NCBI GenBank assembly: GCA_963820525.1
Contig: CAWGAA010000001.1
Span: 2,432,001-2,496,000, forward strand
Direction: 5' to 3'
DNA: 64,000 nt
DNA from: an uncultured Spirochaetota bacterium
GTDB lineage: Bacteria; Spirochaetota; Spirochaetia; SZUA-6; Fen-1364
Shown: positions 20,378-30,093 of the stretch, one piece after another
Layout of the letters: the number at the start of each line of letters is the position of its first letter
Position numbering within the stretch: position 1 is the first letter of the stretch
The notes under the pieces: generated by a model
Told to the model about the DNA's origin: nothing
Databases searched by the model: none
What the model saw: the letters and a program-made list of their open reading frames with translations, nothing else
Program-made: the position numbers and the translations under genes

Positions 20378-21268
20378 TCATCCATTCCCATACCCCAGCT
20401 CCTCGAGGTATCGATCCAGGATCTCGCGATGGACGCTGTCAAGGAGGAAATCCGGCCGCCGTGTCCGGGCATTGCCGATCATCCCTCTTCGCTGGAGGAA
20501 GTACTTCTCCGCGGCCAGGAAGAACTCGGCGGACTGGTCGACGTAGAAGAGGTAGGGGAGAATGCGGTTGTGCGCTTCGAACGCCTCCCGCTTCCGGCCC
20601 TCCGAGAACATCTTATATATGGCCACGAAACTGTCGGCGAGGCTGCAGCCGGGCATGACGCCGATGGCGCCGCGCTCCAGGGCCTCGAAAAACCCCAGCC
20701 CGCCCTTTCCGGCCAATACCTTGAGGCCGCCCTCGGTGAGGCGGGATACCAGGGGTCCCGCGGGCTTCGACTCGACCTTGACCAGCAGCTCCATCCCCGC
20801 CCCCCTCGCCAGCTCGAGAAACTCGAGGGCGGGGATGCTCACCTTCGTCTCCTCCGGCGCGTACTGGATGACGACGGGGATACGCACGGAGGCCATGACC
20901 GCTTTAAGGTGGCCCATGATGGCCGCCGTATCGGGGCCGGCGAAAAACGGCGGGAGGAGCATGACGGCGTCGGCGCCGGCCGCTTCCGCTTTGGAGGCTT
21001 GCGCGCAGGCGTGGATGGTCGCGTGTGCGGTCACCGAAACGATCGTCTTCACCCTCCCGCGGACGGCCGCGATGAAAAAGTCGAGGAGCTTGGACCGCTC
21101 GGCATCGGCGAGCTTGTAGAACTCGCTTCCGACGCCGAATATCGCCAGGCCGTGCACGCCGCCGCCGATCACCGTCTCGATGAGTCCCTCCATGCCGTCG
21201 AAGTCGATTCTCTCGGAGGCGTGAAACAGCGTGGGAACAACGGGACAGACACCGTGAATTTCCGTGAT
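20378..21268 (-). CDS. DHDPS/NAL-family aldolase or dehydratase (L-KDA dehydratase-like features)
   Basis: In-frame N-terminus IHGVCPVVPTLF...IDFDG upstream of the ATG at 21193; GVGSEF, IQYAP, Schiff-base K in VKVES; apparent ATC start behind TAAGGAG. Confidence 0.8.
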   Translation of the reverse strand: MTEIHGVCPVVPTLFHASERIDFDGMEGLIETVIGGGVHGLAIFGVGSEFYKLADAERSKLLDFFIAAVRGRVKTIVSVTAHATIHACAQASKAEAAGADAVMLLPPFFAGPDTAAIMGHLKAVMASVRIPVVIQYAPEETKVSIPALEFLELARGAGMELLVKVESKPAGPLVSRLTEGGLKVLAGKGGLGFFEALERGAIGVMPGCSLADSFVAIYKMFSEGRKREAFEAHNRILPYLFYVDQSAEFFLAAEKYFLQRRGMIGNARTRRPDFLLDSVHREILDRYLEELGYGNG

Positions 21269-21277
21269 CGGCTCTCC

Positions 21278-22471
21278 TTAGATCTCGACCCAGCTCGGGA
21301 CCCTGCTCCTTCTCTGGGATTCCTTGTCCACCGCGTTTCCCTCCTCGATGAACGGGAATCGCGACTCGATATCGTCGTCCACCCGCACTCCCAGCCCAAT
21401 GGCGCCGGGCAGGCCGATCGAGCCGTCCCGAACCTCGACCGGCTCTTCCAGAATGTCGTCCCGCAGAGGATTGTGGGTGCGATCGTACTCGAGGATGATG
21501 CAGTTGGCCGTCGAGACGATGAAGGCGATGTTCGCCATCAATCCCACGCCGCTTCCGAACACGTGCGGCGCGCACGGAAGCTGGTGGGCGGAGGCGAGCG
21601 CGGCGATCTTCTTGCATTCGCTGATTCCGCCGGACCGCGTCACGTCCGGCTGCACGATGTCGACGGCCCGCGGGGACAGCAGCTGCTGGAAACCGAAGCG
21701 GGTGTACTCGTTCTCTCCCGTCGCGATCGGGACCCTCGTCGCCCCGCAGAGCCTCCGGTAGCCCTCGATGTCGTCAGGATGCAATGGCTCTTCCAGCCAG
21801 AAGATCGAGAACGGCTCCAGGCGGCGCGCGACTTCCAGCGCCGTGAAATCGGACCACGGGTGGTCGGTATAGCACTGCCCCGCGTCCGTCATGATGTCGA
21901 AGCCGGGGCCCACGCTCTCACGGATGGCCCGGATTCGTTCGATATCGTCGTCCAGATCCGAGCCGATGCGGACCTTCAGGGCCGTATAGCCCTGCTCGCG
22001 GAACCCTTTGACGTCGGCGATCATATCCGGCAGCGGCTGCTCCATCCCCGCGCTCGCGTAGACCCGCGTCCGCTCGCGGCACGCTCCGCCCAGGATCCGA
22101 TAGAGGGGCTGCTTCACGAACTTGGCTGCAATGTCCCACAGGGCGATGTCCAGTCCGCTGATGATCGGCACGATCGTGCCCTTTCTCCCCCAGTGGCTGG
22201 AGCGGACGTACATCTTGTGCCAGAGCCTTTCGATATTCAGCGGATCCTCTCCCACCAGGAGCGGGACGAACTGCTCCTCGACGATGAGCTTGACCGATCG
22301 AGGAAGGAACGCCGCCTCTCCGATCTCGCCGATCCCCTCGATACCGGAATCGGTCACGATTCGAACCAGGACTGCGTTCCTCCGCAGCGTGACGCCGCCC
22401 GACCATGACCAGACTTCGCTCGGCTTGTACGAGTAGCTGAGAAGGTGAGTCCGAATGCCGATGATCTTCAT
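21278..22471 (-). CDS. Mandelate racemase/muconate lactonizing (enolase superfamily) enzyme, probable acid-sugar dehydratase
   Basis: GLDIALWDIAAK, KVR, MTDAG, WLEEP, ATGENE, QPDVTRSGG, CAPH. Confidence 0.9.
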   Translation of the reverse strand: MKIIGIRTHLLSYSYKPSEVWSWSGGVTLRRNAVLVRIVTDSGIEGIGEIGEAAFLPRSVKLIVEEQFVPLLVGEDPLNIERLWHKMYVRSSHWGRKGTIVPIISGLDIALWDIAAKFVKQPLYRILGGACRERTRVYASAGMEQPLPDMIADVKGFREQGYTALKVRIGSDLDDDIERIRAIRESVGPGFDIMTDAGQCYTDHPWSDFTALEVARRLEPFSIFWLEEPLHPDDIEGYRRLCGATRVPIATGENEYTRFGFQQLLSPRAVDIVQPDVTRSGGISECKKIAALASAHQLPCAPHVFGSGVGLMANIAFIVSTANCIILEYDRTHNPLRDDILEEPVEVRDGSIGLPGAIGLGVRVDDDIESRFPFIEEGNAVDKESQRRSRVPSWVEI

Positions 22472-23457
22472 CGCGTACCCTCCGGAAGCTCGACGGTGAC
22501 ATTCCGTTCGATGGATTCCTCCACGGCCCGCATGACCTGAAGCGTCCGGTAGGCATCACGAAGCGAGGAGAGCGGCTCCCTGCCGCCAAGGAGGCACTCC
22601 TCGACGAAGTGGCGGACCTCCCCTTCGAACATCGCGTCATACAGCGGGTAGTCCCGGGAAGATCCTCCGCCGGAGGTTCCCCTCACCGCGTCGCGCCGGG
22701 AGAAGTGCAGCCCCCCGTCGCGCCCCAGCACCTTGATCGTGAAGGTCCACGGATCGCTCGTCTCGTCTTCTCCCGCCCATGAGACGAAAAGATGCGCCAG
22801 CGCCCCGTCGGCGAACTCCGCGTTGAGGACGACCTGCTCCTCGCTTCCCTGCGGCATGCGACGGAAAGCGCTCGCGAAGCCATGCACCCGTCGGGGCGCG
22901 CCAAGGAGGGCGAGCAGGATATAGATTTCGTGGCAGAGTACCTCGCGCAGCGGACCGTGGTACTTCGAGAGGTACTCCTCGGGCATGCGGTAGATCTCGC
23001 TCATGAAGAAATAGAACGGAACCCCGATTCCCCCCTCCCGCGTGTAGCGCATCATGCGGCTGATCTCCGGAAGGTAGAGGTAGCTGTGGCCCGGAACGCA
23101 CAGAACGCCGTAGCGGCCCGCCAGCTTCTCGAGCTCGGCGATCTCTTCCAGCTCGTAGCTGACCGGTTTTTCCACCAGAACGTGCTTTCCGTGCCGCATT
23201 GCCATCTCTGCGTACGCGAAATGGGACTCCGTCGGCGTGAGCACGAATACGGCATCTATCGCGTCGAGCGCGACAAGCTGCTCGGGAGTCTCTACCGGCG
23301 TGACGCCCCAGCTTTTGGCCTTGGCCGTGATGTGCTCGATCCTTCCTCCGCTGACGGCCACCAGCGCGGCGCTCCGGCAGCGGGACAACGCGCGGAAGTG
23401 ATTGTCCGAAACCCGCCCGCAGCCGATGAACCCGACGCCCACGGGATTACGCGGCAG
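22468..23457 (-). CDS. Gfo/Idh/MocA-family oxidoreductase (second of pair)
   Basis: VGFIGCGRVS, HVLVEKP; strong SD GAGGAGGT then CTG at 23457. Confidence 0.8.
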   Translation of the reverse strand: MPRNPVGVGFIGCGRVSDNHFRALSRCRSAALVAVSGGRIEHITAKAKSWGVTPVETPEQLVALDAIDAVFVLTPTESHFAYAEMAMRHGKHVLVEKPVSYELEEIAELEKLAGRYGVLCVPGHSYLYLPEISRMMRYTREGGIGVPFYFFMSEIYRMPEEYLSKYHGPLREVLCHEIYILLALLGAPRRVHGFASAFRRMPQGSEEQVVLNAEFADGALAHLFVSWAGEDETSDPWTFTIKVLGRDGGLHFSRRDAVRGTSGGGSSRDYPLYDAMFEGEVRHFVEECLLGGREPLSSLRDAYRTLQVMRAVEESIERNVTVELPEGTR

Positions 23458-24501
23458 TTTGCACCTCCTCGAAAGCTCCGCTGGCCAGGGAGCGGACGAC
23501 GGCCAGGGTGATCTCCGTCGCCCGGGCGCCGTCTTCCATGCCCGGTGCCGGGATGCGATCTTCGAGAAGACATCTGAGGAATTCCCCTGCAGCCGCTTCA
23601 CGCCGCCCTCGATCGGCGAATGCCACATGACGTCGGGATGCGTCATGCCCGTGACGATGTCCCCGGGATTCGCCTCGATCCCGCGCTCGCTGGTGACGGT
23701 GAGGAAGTGACGAAACTCGTCCACGTAGATGCACCCTTCGCTTCCCAGGATCTCGAACCGCTTGTCTGTCGGGCTGTCCTTGGGCAGGGCGCCGCTCATG
23801 TCCACGCATGCAAGGCCGCCGCTTTTAAGCCGGGCGACTGCCGCGAAGCTGCTCTCGAACACGGCGTCCCCGGATCCCACCTCCCTCGCGAGCCCGATGA
23901 CCTTGGTGACCTCGCTCCCGCTCACCCAGCGGATCGCGTCCCAGAGGTGAACGCTGCTTTCGATGATCAATCCTCCGCCGCGCCGGCGGTCGAAGACCCA
24001 GGCGCCATGCAGCTCACCGTGCTTTTTCATGGAAAACCTGAAGTTGGCCCTGATATAGTCGATGCTTCCCACGCGTCCCCCGTCGACGACGGCCTTCGCC
24101 TCCTGGAACGAAACGGTGAAGCGTTCGGGGAAGCACATCATCAAGCGGCTTTTGCCCGCGCCGAGGAGCGACCGGATGACGGCGAGCTCCTCCATGCTGA
24201 TCGCGAGCGGCTTCTCGCAGAGAATGTCCTTTCCCGCCTGGACGCATTCCCTGATGACCGCGGACCGCACGGTCGGGGGAGTCGCCAGATAGACCGCCTC
24301 TATGTCCCGCCGCTTCAGCATCGCGCGGTGATCCGTGTAGCAGTCGGCCCGGTGCGTCTTTTTCGCGCTCTCGAGCCGGCGCGGATCGACATCGCAGACC
24401 GCCCGCAGCTCGCACTCGTCGATCGTTTCGGCCAGGGCGGCATGGATCCGCCCCATCCATCCCATGCCGATGATCCCTATCCCAATCTTTCTCGATGCCA
24501 T
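23447..24501 (-). CDS. Gfo/Idh/MocA-family oxidoreductase (first of pair), frameshifted at ~23587
   Basis: IGIIGMGWMG, ILCEKPLA, GGGLIIESSVH; typical C-terminus EFLRCLLEDRIPAPGMEDGARATEI lies in an alternate frame ending at 23447. Confidence 0.8.
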
Positions 24502-24504
24502 GGG

Positions 24505-25515
24505 CTATTCCACGACGCGCACATGCGCAATTTCCGCTCGATTGACCACCCCGAATGAATCCCCGTTCGAGCCCGATTCGCCTTTCAAGATCCGGACAAC
24601 CGCTCGAGCGGTCTGCCGTTTCAGCTCCTCGATCGATCCCTCGGAATAGAACGCCGCGTGCGGAGTGATGATGACGTTCTCGAGGCTCAGCAGGGGATGA
24701 TCCGCCCCGATGGGTTCCTGTTCCAGCACGTCCAATCCCGCTCCGCCGAGCCGCCCGTCTCGCAGCGCCTCGAAGAGCGCCGCCTCGTCGATCACCTGAC
24801 CGCGGCTCGTGTTGACGAGAATCGCGCCGTTTTTGAGGGCGCCGAGCTCCCCGGGGCCGAGCAGATGCGCCGTCTGGGGAGTCAATGCAACGTGCACCGA
24901 GAGAACGTCGGATCGATTCAGGAGCTGGGTGAGCGGCACGGGGGTCGTTCCCTCCCAGGCGAACACCTCGGCAGGGACATACGGATCATATGCGATGCAC
25001 ACCATGCCGAATCCGTGCATCTTGCGGGCGACCAGGCGCGCGATTCCGCCATAGCCGAGCAGACCCAGCACCCTCCCCGCCAGCCGGTGGATGGGCTTCC
25101 CCACCCTGACGTCCCACCGGCCGTTCTGCACGGCGCGATGGAGCGTCTGCAATTTCCTTACGAGCGCCAGGATGAGGGCGCAGGTATGATCGGAGACCTC
25201 TTCCCGGCAGTAATCGGGGACATTGCAGACGGGGATGCCGCGATGGGAGGCGGCCTCCAAGTCGATCATATCGATGCCGACGCCGTATCGGGCGATGACC
25301 TTGCACGAGGGAAGCGAATCGATGACGGCCCGCGTGATGGGAGCGTACTGCACCAGAAGCGCGTCGGCGCCGCGCGCGGCCTCGATCACCTGCGCCTCCG
25401 TCCTGCACTGTGCGATCTCAAGCTCTGCCAGACCATCCAGCTCTTCCTGCTCTATTTCAAAGGGGCCGAGATCGCAGTCTGTCACGATTGCGCGGAAGGA
25501 CGGAGACCTTTGCAT
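24505..25515 (-). CDS. D-isomer-specific 2-hydroxyacid dehydrogenase (CtBP-like)
   Basis: RYGVGID, GLLGYGGIA, VNTSRG, LDVLEQEP, ITPHAAFYS. Confidence 0.92.
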   Translation of the reverse strand: MQRSPSFRAIVTDCDLGPFEIEQEELDGLAELEIAQCRTEAQVIEAARGADALLVQYAPITRAVIDSLPSCKVIARYGVGIDMIDLEAASHRGIPVCNVPDYCREEVSDHTCALILALVRKLQTLHRAVQNGRWDVRVGKPIHRLAGRVLGLLGYGGIARLVARKMHGFGMVCIAYDPYVPAEVFAWEGTTPVPLTQLLNRSDVLSVHVALTPQTAHLLGPGELGALKNGAILVNTSRGQVIDEAALFEALRDGRLGGAGLDVLEQEPIGADHPLLSLENVIITPHAAFYSEGSIEELKRQTARAVVRILKGESGSNGDSFGVVNRAEIAHVRVVE

Positions 25516-25522
25516 TGAACCC

Positions 25523-25551
25523 ATGGTAAGATATTATGATATGATTGTCAA
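25523..25551 (-). promoter_or_regulatory. Sigma70-type promoter of the leftward catabolic operon, overlapping a putative FadR operator
   Basis: Minus strand TTGACA-17 nt-TACCAT, then 7 nt to ATG 25515. Confidence 0.7.
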
Positions 25552-25671
25552 TAGGCTCGCCACAGCGGGCCCGACGCGGCCTCCTCGAGGATGCCGGAAA
25601 CCCATGATTCCCAGCTTTTATGGCCAGGAAGGGCTTTTCGGAGAGAGGCCCGGGCGGGCAGAGCCGGAGCC

Positions 25672-25700
25672 TTTACAACATTACATTATCATGATATCTT
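25672..25700 (+). promoter_or_regulatory. Sigma70-type promoter of the FadR-like gene/rightward operon
   Basis: TTTACA-17 nt-(TGA)TATCTT, then 7 nt to ATG 25708. Confidence 0.65.
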
Positions 25701-25707
25701 ACCACCC

Positions 25708-26496
25708 ATGCACCAATGGGGAATGGGCCTTGAGCCGATCGGCGACACCGACAAGATCCAGCAGATCGTGAAGGTGCTCCAGGACTTCATCATCGAGGGC
25801 AATCTGAAGCACGGCACCGAGCTTGAAGCGGAACGGGTCCTCGCCTCGCGCCTGGGGGTGAGCCGCTTCAGCCTGCGCGAGGCGCTGCGGGTCGCCGAAG
25901 CCCAGGGACTTATCGAAATCTCCCGCGGCCGCAGGCCCCGGGTGGCCCGGATGTCGTCGGACGCGGCGGCCAAGATGATCGCGCTCGTTCTGCGCCGGAC
26001 GAAAAAGACGCTCCTCGACCTGATCGCCGCGCGCCAAGGGCTCGAGACCCAGATCGCCCGCCTGGCGGCGTCCCATGCCGAGGAAGCGCAGATCATCGAG
26101 ATGCAGAAAACCATCGAAGCCATGGAGCGAAACCGGGACAATCCCGAGGTCTGCGTCGAGGAGGATATCAAGTTCCACGGCGCCCTGGTGCAGGCGACGG
26201 GCAACGTCGTCTTTGAAGTCATGCTTGCTCCCCTCGCCGAGCTTCTCCGGGATTCCCGCAAGGAGACGATCCGGCATGGCATCGACCGGGTCGTCGTCGG
26301 GCACAAGGCGATCCTGGCGGCGGTTCTCAAAGGAGATCCGGAAAAGGCCGCGCAGGCCATGTATCAACATCTCAAGATGGCCGAGGAGGATCTGAGGAAG
26401 AACCTGGGAAACCCGAAAACAGGAGGTCCTCGCAAGAGCGTACGAAACGGTGCGTACATCGAGAGCGGGATACGGAGGCAGAAGCCGTCCGCGTGA
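25708..26496 (+). CDS. FadR/GntR-family transcriptional regulator (wHTH + FCD)
   Basis: AERVLASRLGVSRFSLREAL; FCD motif DIKFHGALVQATGN...H...MYQHL; alternative start 25723. Confidence 0.9.
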   Translation: MHQWGMGLEPIGDTDKIQQIVKVLQDFIIEGNLKHGTELEAERVLASRLGVSRFSLREALRVAEAQGLIEISRGRRPRVARMSSDAAAKMIALVLRRTKKTLLDLIAARQGLETQIARLAASHAEEAQIIEMQKTIEAMERNRDNPEVCVEEDIKFHGALVQATGNVVFEVMLAPLAELLRDSRKETIRHGIDRVVVGHKAILAAVLKGDPEKAAQAMYQHLKMAEEDLRKNLGNPKTGGPRKSVRNGAYIESGIRRQKPSA

Positions 26497-26549
26497 ATCC
26501 CCTCGGACGGCGGGGCGCGCCGACGAGGAGAGAAACCCGTGGAGAGGTT

Positions 26550-27815
26550 ATGGTTGTTGATTTCCCCTACTCCGATGTTCCCAGCCTGCGCATCCCGGAC
26601 GGTAATCTGCTCGGCGTATTCGCGGCCCGCAACCCCGCGCCTCGCGCGGGTGTCGACATGCTCGTCCGTGAGGCGCTCGCCTCCCCCATCGGGTCCCCCC
26701 GGCTCCGGGAGATGGCCCGGGGAGCGAAACGAGTCCTCATCGTCGTGGATGACAACAGCCGCCCAACCCCGGTCCATGCCATCCTTCCGCCGGTGCTGGA
26801 CGAGCTCGGCGCCGCGGGCGTCCAAACCTCGCGCATAGAGTTTCTGCTCGCGTTGGGGACCCACCGCTTCATGACCGATGAGGAGATCGCGGCGAAGCTC
26901 GGGAGGGGGGTAGCGGAGCGCTTCCCCGTTTTCAACCACGACTGGAACAATCCATCGGCCTGCCAGCTTATCGGCACGACGTTCAAAGGCGTCGAGGTAT
27001 GGATGAACAAGAAAGTGGTCCAGGCCGACCTCGTCATTGGAATCGGCCTGATCATGCCGATCGACGTGTGCGGTTTCACCGGCGGCGGCAAGATCCTCGT
27101 GCCGGGAACTTGTGGTAGAATCACCAACGACGAAATGCATTGGAATCGGGTCGGCGTGCCCGACGAGCAGGTGATGGGCAGGCGGGACAATGCAGTGCGG
27201 GCCGCGATCGACGAGATGGCGAGGAAAGCGGGGCTCGGCTTCATCGTGAACGTGATCCTCGATCCGCGCGCCGGAGTCCTGCACGCGGTGGCCGGCGACA
27301 TGGTCGATGCCCACCGCAGAGGATGCGAGCTCTCCTTCGAGGCCCACTCCGTCCGGCTTCCCTGCCAGGCGGATATCGTGGTTGCCGACAGCCACCCCTT
27401 CGACATCGATTTCTGGCAGGCGAACAAGGCCCTCGATCAGGCCGGCCTCGCCGTGCGCAAAGGAGGAGCCCTGATCCTCGTGACGCCCTGCGTGGAAGGC
27501 TTCTCGGCCACCCACGGCGAGCTCTCCCGGCACGGATACCCGCCCGTGGAGGAGATCAAGAGAATGGTCGAGCAGGGAACCGTGGGCTCGAAAGCCGTCG
27601 CCGTGCACATGGTGCAGGTGAGCAAGGTGGCTCGGGAGAGGGCGACGGTGATCGTGGTCACGCGGGGAATCTCCCCCGCTGACCTTCGAAGAGCGGGAAT
27701 GGAGCATGCGGCAACTCCCCAGGAAGGGCTCCAGAAGGCGCTCGAGCTGGCGGGACCGGGCGCGAAGGTCGCGGTCCTCCAGGGAGCCGCCCAGATGATC
27801 CCGCTCATCGGGTGA
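26550..27815 (+). CDS. LarA-family (nickel-pincer-dependent racemase/epimerase-like) protein
   Basis: PIGSPRL, DDNSRPTP, ALGTHR, GFTGGGK, FWQANKAL, TPCVEG. Confidence 0.85.
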   Translation: MVVDFPYSDVPSLRIPDGNLLGVFAARNPAPRAGVDMLVREALASPIGSPRLREMARGAKRVLIVVDDNSRPTPVHAILPPVLDELGAAGVQTSRIEFLLALGTHRFMTDEEIAAKLGRGVAERFPVFNHDWNNPSACQLIGTTFKGVEVWMNKKVVQADLVIGIGLIMPIDVCGFTGGGKILVPGTCGRITNDEMHWNRVGVPDEQVMGRRDNAVRAAIDEMARKAGLGFIVNVILDPRAGVLHAVAGDMVDAHRRGCELSFEAHSVRLPCQADIVVADSHPFDIDFWQANKALDQAGLAVRKGGALILVTPCVEGFSATHGELSRHGYPPVEEIKRMVEQGTVGSKAVAVHMVQVSKVARERATVIVVTRGISPADLRRAGMEHAATPQEGLQKALELAGPGAKVAVLQGAAQMIPLIG

Positions 27816-27845
27816 TGGGGCCGGAGACAAGGAGGCGCGGATACC

Positions 27846-28589
27846 ATGCACGCGAATCGGCTGGCCGTGGTGACGGGAGGGGCGCAGGGCATCGGCCGGG
27901 CAATCTGTCAGGCTCTCGCGCGAGAGGGAGCCGACCTCATAGTCGTGGACCGAAACTTCGCTGGGGCCGAAGAGACGGCGGACGCCGTGAAGACGCTGGG
28001 CGGAGAGGCTCGGGCGTTCATGGCGGATGTATCCGACGAGGATGCGGTGGTTCGCCTCTTCGCCGAGATCGCCGATCGGGGCCGCCGGCTCGACGTTCTG
28101 GTGAACAACGCGGGCATCTGCCAGCTCTGTTCCATCCTCGACCTTCGGGCCGCCGACTGGGACCGGGTATTGGCGGTGAATCTGCGCGGCACCTTCCTCA
28201 TGAGCCGGGAGGCCTTCCGTCTGATGAAGGAGCAGCGCGGGGGGAAGATCATCAGTATCGCCTCCGCGGCGGCCAAGATCGGCGGCGTCACGGCAGGCGC
28301 TCACTACGCCGCTTCGAAGGCCGGCATCATCGCCTTCGCCAAGAGCCTCGCGCTCGAAGCGGCGCCGTACCGGATCAACGTGAACGTCGTCTGTCCTGGA
28401 CCGATAGAAACGGAGATGACCGACGCCTGGGGCGAGGAGACCAATCGGGCGTTCGCGGCGCGGATCCCCTGGAAGGAGTACGGAAAACCGGCTGATGTCG
28501 CCGAAGCGGTGGTGTTCCTTGCCTCCGAGCGGAGCCGCTATATCACCGGCGAAGTGCTTGACGTGAACGGCGGTCTGGTCATGGATTGA
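27846..28589 (+). CDS. Short-chain dehydrogenase/reductase (FabG-like)
   Basis: TGGAQGIG, NNAG, YAASK, ITGEVLDVNGG. Confidence 0.92.
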   Translation: MHANRLAVVTGGAQGIGRAICQALAREGADLIVVDRNFAGAEETADAVKTLGGEARAFMADVSDEDAVVRLFAEIADRGRRLDVLVNNAGICQLCSILDLRAADWDRVLAVNLRGTFLMSREAFRLMKEQRGGKIISIASAAAKIGGVTAGAHYAASKAGIIAFAKSLALEAAPYRINVNVVCPGPIETEMTDAWGEETNRAFAARIPWKEYGKPADVAEAVVFLASERSRYITGEVLDVNGGLVMD

Positions 28590-28619
28590 GAGGAACGCGC
28601 GGCGGCACGGAGAAGGACC

Positions 28620-30086
28620 ATGAGCGGAGAACCTCCATCTTTTCTGAACCTCATCGGCGAGTCCTGGGCAGAGAGCTCGTCCCGGCGGACCTACGCGGAC
28701 GAAAACCCGTCCCACAGGGGCGCCGTGCTCGGCCTCTTCCAGGCATCTCTGCCCGAGGACATCGCCGCCGCGGTGGACGCGGCATCCCATGCGTTCCCCG
28801 CATGGCGTACGCAGGCTCTGCGAGAGCGGCAGGAGATCATCGGCCGTTTTCTCGCTTCTCTCGCAGGCGCGGTGGAAGAGCTTGCACGGATCATTGCTCT
28901 GGAGAATGGAAAAACGATCAGGGAAGCCCGCGCGGAGGTGGGCTCGGCGCTGGTCGAGGGCAGTTACCACCAGCACCAAGTCTCGCGGCTGATCGGTCAC
29001 ACTCTCCCCATCGGAAGCCCGGGGATCACCGGCTGGGTGCAGTACCAACCCCTGGGGGTTGTCGGGATCATAAGCCCGTGGAACTTCCCCATCAACGTCC
29101 TCTGCAGGAAGGCGCTTCCCGCCCTGCTCGTCGGCAACACCGTGGTGTTCAAGCCCGCCAGCTTTACCCCATGGTCGGCCGTTTTCCTCGCGAGGCTGTT
29201 CCGGGACGCAGGGCTTCCCGCAGGGGTCTTCAATTGCGTGACGGGGGCGGGTGCGACGCTGGGGGACGCCCTGATCGGAGATCCCCGGGTCCGCGCCATC
29301 TCATTCACCGGATCCACCGAAGTGGGCATTGAAATCCAGCAGAAGGCGGCGCGCCGTCTCTTGCGGACCCAGCTCGAACTCGGGGGAAAGAACGCCCTCA
29401 TCGTGACCGACGACGCGGATCTCGAGCAGGCGGCGTCTGCAGCCGTCGCGGCGGGGTTCGCGTGCGCGGGCCAGTGGTGCACCTCAACGAGCCGGATACT
29501 CGTCCAGCGAGGCGCGTATCGCGCCTTCATCGACGCCCTGGCGGCGCGCTCTGACTCTCTCGTGGTCGGTGATCCGCTGGAGGAGAAAACGGACATGGGG
29601 CCGGTAGCGGGCCCTGCCCAGTACCAGCGGATCGGGCAGGCCATCGAGAAAGCCAAAGTGCAAGGGGCCCGGATGATCACCGGAGGCATGGCAGCCGCAG
29701 CGGCCGGCGCCGCCGCTGATGGATACTTCGTGCGTCCCACGCTCTTTGCGGAGGTCACCCCGGAGATGGAGCTCTTCCGGACCGAAGTTTTCGGGCCCGT
29801 TCTGGCGGCGACGCGCTTCGATTCCCTGGAGGATGCACTCAGGCTGGCCAACGATTCGCGCTACGGCCTTTCCTCTGCGATCTTCACGCGAGATCTCGGC
29901 ACGGCGTTCGCCTACATCAATGGGATCGAGGCCGGATTGGCGCACGTCAACATCCACACCGGTTTCAAGGATCCCGCGCTGCCGTTCGGGGGATGGAAGG
30001 AATCCGGTTTCGGTATTCCGGAAAACGATCGGACGGGACTCGAGTTCTTCCTCGACCGCAAGGCGGTCTACGTCAAGACGGAGTGA
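28620..30086 (+). CDS. NAD(P)-dependent aldehyde dehydrogenase (alpha-ketoglutarate semialdehyde dehydrogenase-like)
   Basis: ISPWNFP, SFTGSTEVG, LELGGKN, GQWCTS, EVFGPV, PFGGWKESG. Confidence 0.9.
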   Translation: MSGEPPSFLNLIGESWAESSSRRTYADENPSHRGAVLGLFQASLPEDIAAAVDAASHAFPAWRTQALRERQEIIGRFLASLAGAVEELARIIALENGKTIREARAEVGSALVEGSYHQHQVSRLIGHTLPIGSPGITGWVQYQPLGVVGIISPWNFPINVLCRKALPALLVGNTVVFKPASFTPWSAVFLARLFRDAGLPAGVFNCVTGAGATLGDALIGDPRVRAISFTGSTEVGIEIQQKAARRLLRTQLELGGKNALIVTDDADLEQAASAAVAAGFACAGQWCTSTSRILVQRGAYRAFIDALAARSDSLVVGDPLEEKTDMGPVAGPAQYQRIGQAIEKAKVQGARMITGGMAAAAAGAAADGYFVRPTLFAEVTPEMELFRTEVFGPVLAATRFDSLEDALRLANDSRYGLSSAIFTRDLGTAFAYINGIEAGLAHVNIHTGFKDPALPFGGWKESGFGIPENDRTGLEFFLDRKAVYVKTE

Positions 30087-30093
30087 TCGGAAG

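Noticed and set aside
22468..24501. 677-aa tandem Gfo/Idh/MocA fusion protein
   Set aside because: The first gene's natural C-terminus is in another frame ending at 23447 and the second has its own SD; the fusion results from an indel at ~23587
26364..29048. Long antisense/alternate-frame ORFs (e.g. 894 aa here; also 2229-4202, 18272-20293, 20351-22408, 56888-59317)
   Set aside because: Shadow ORFs expected from high-GC codon bias; no motifs, and they overlap well-supported genes
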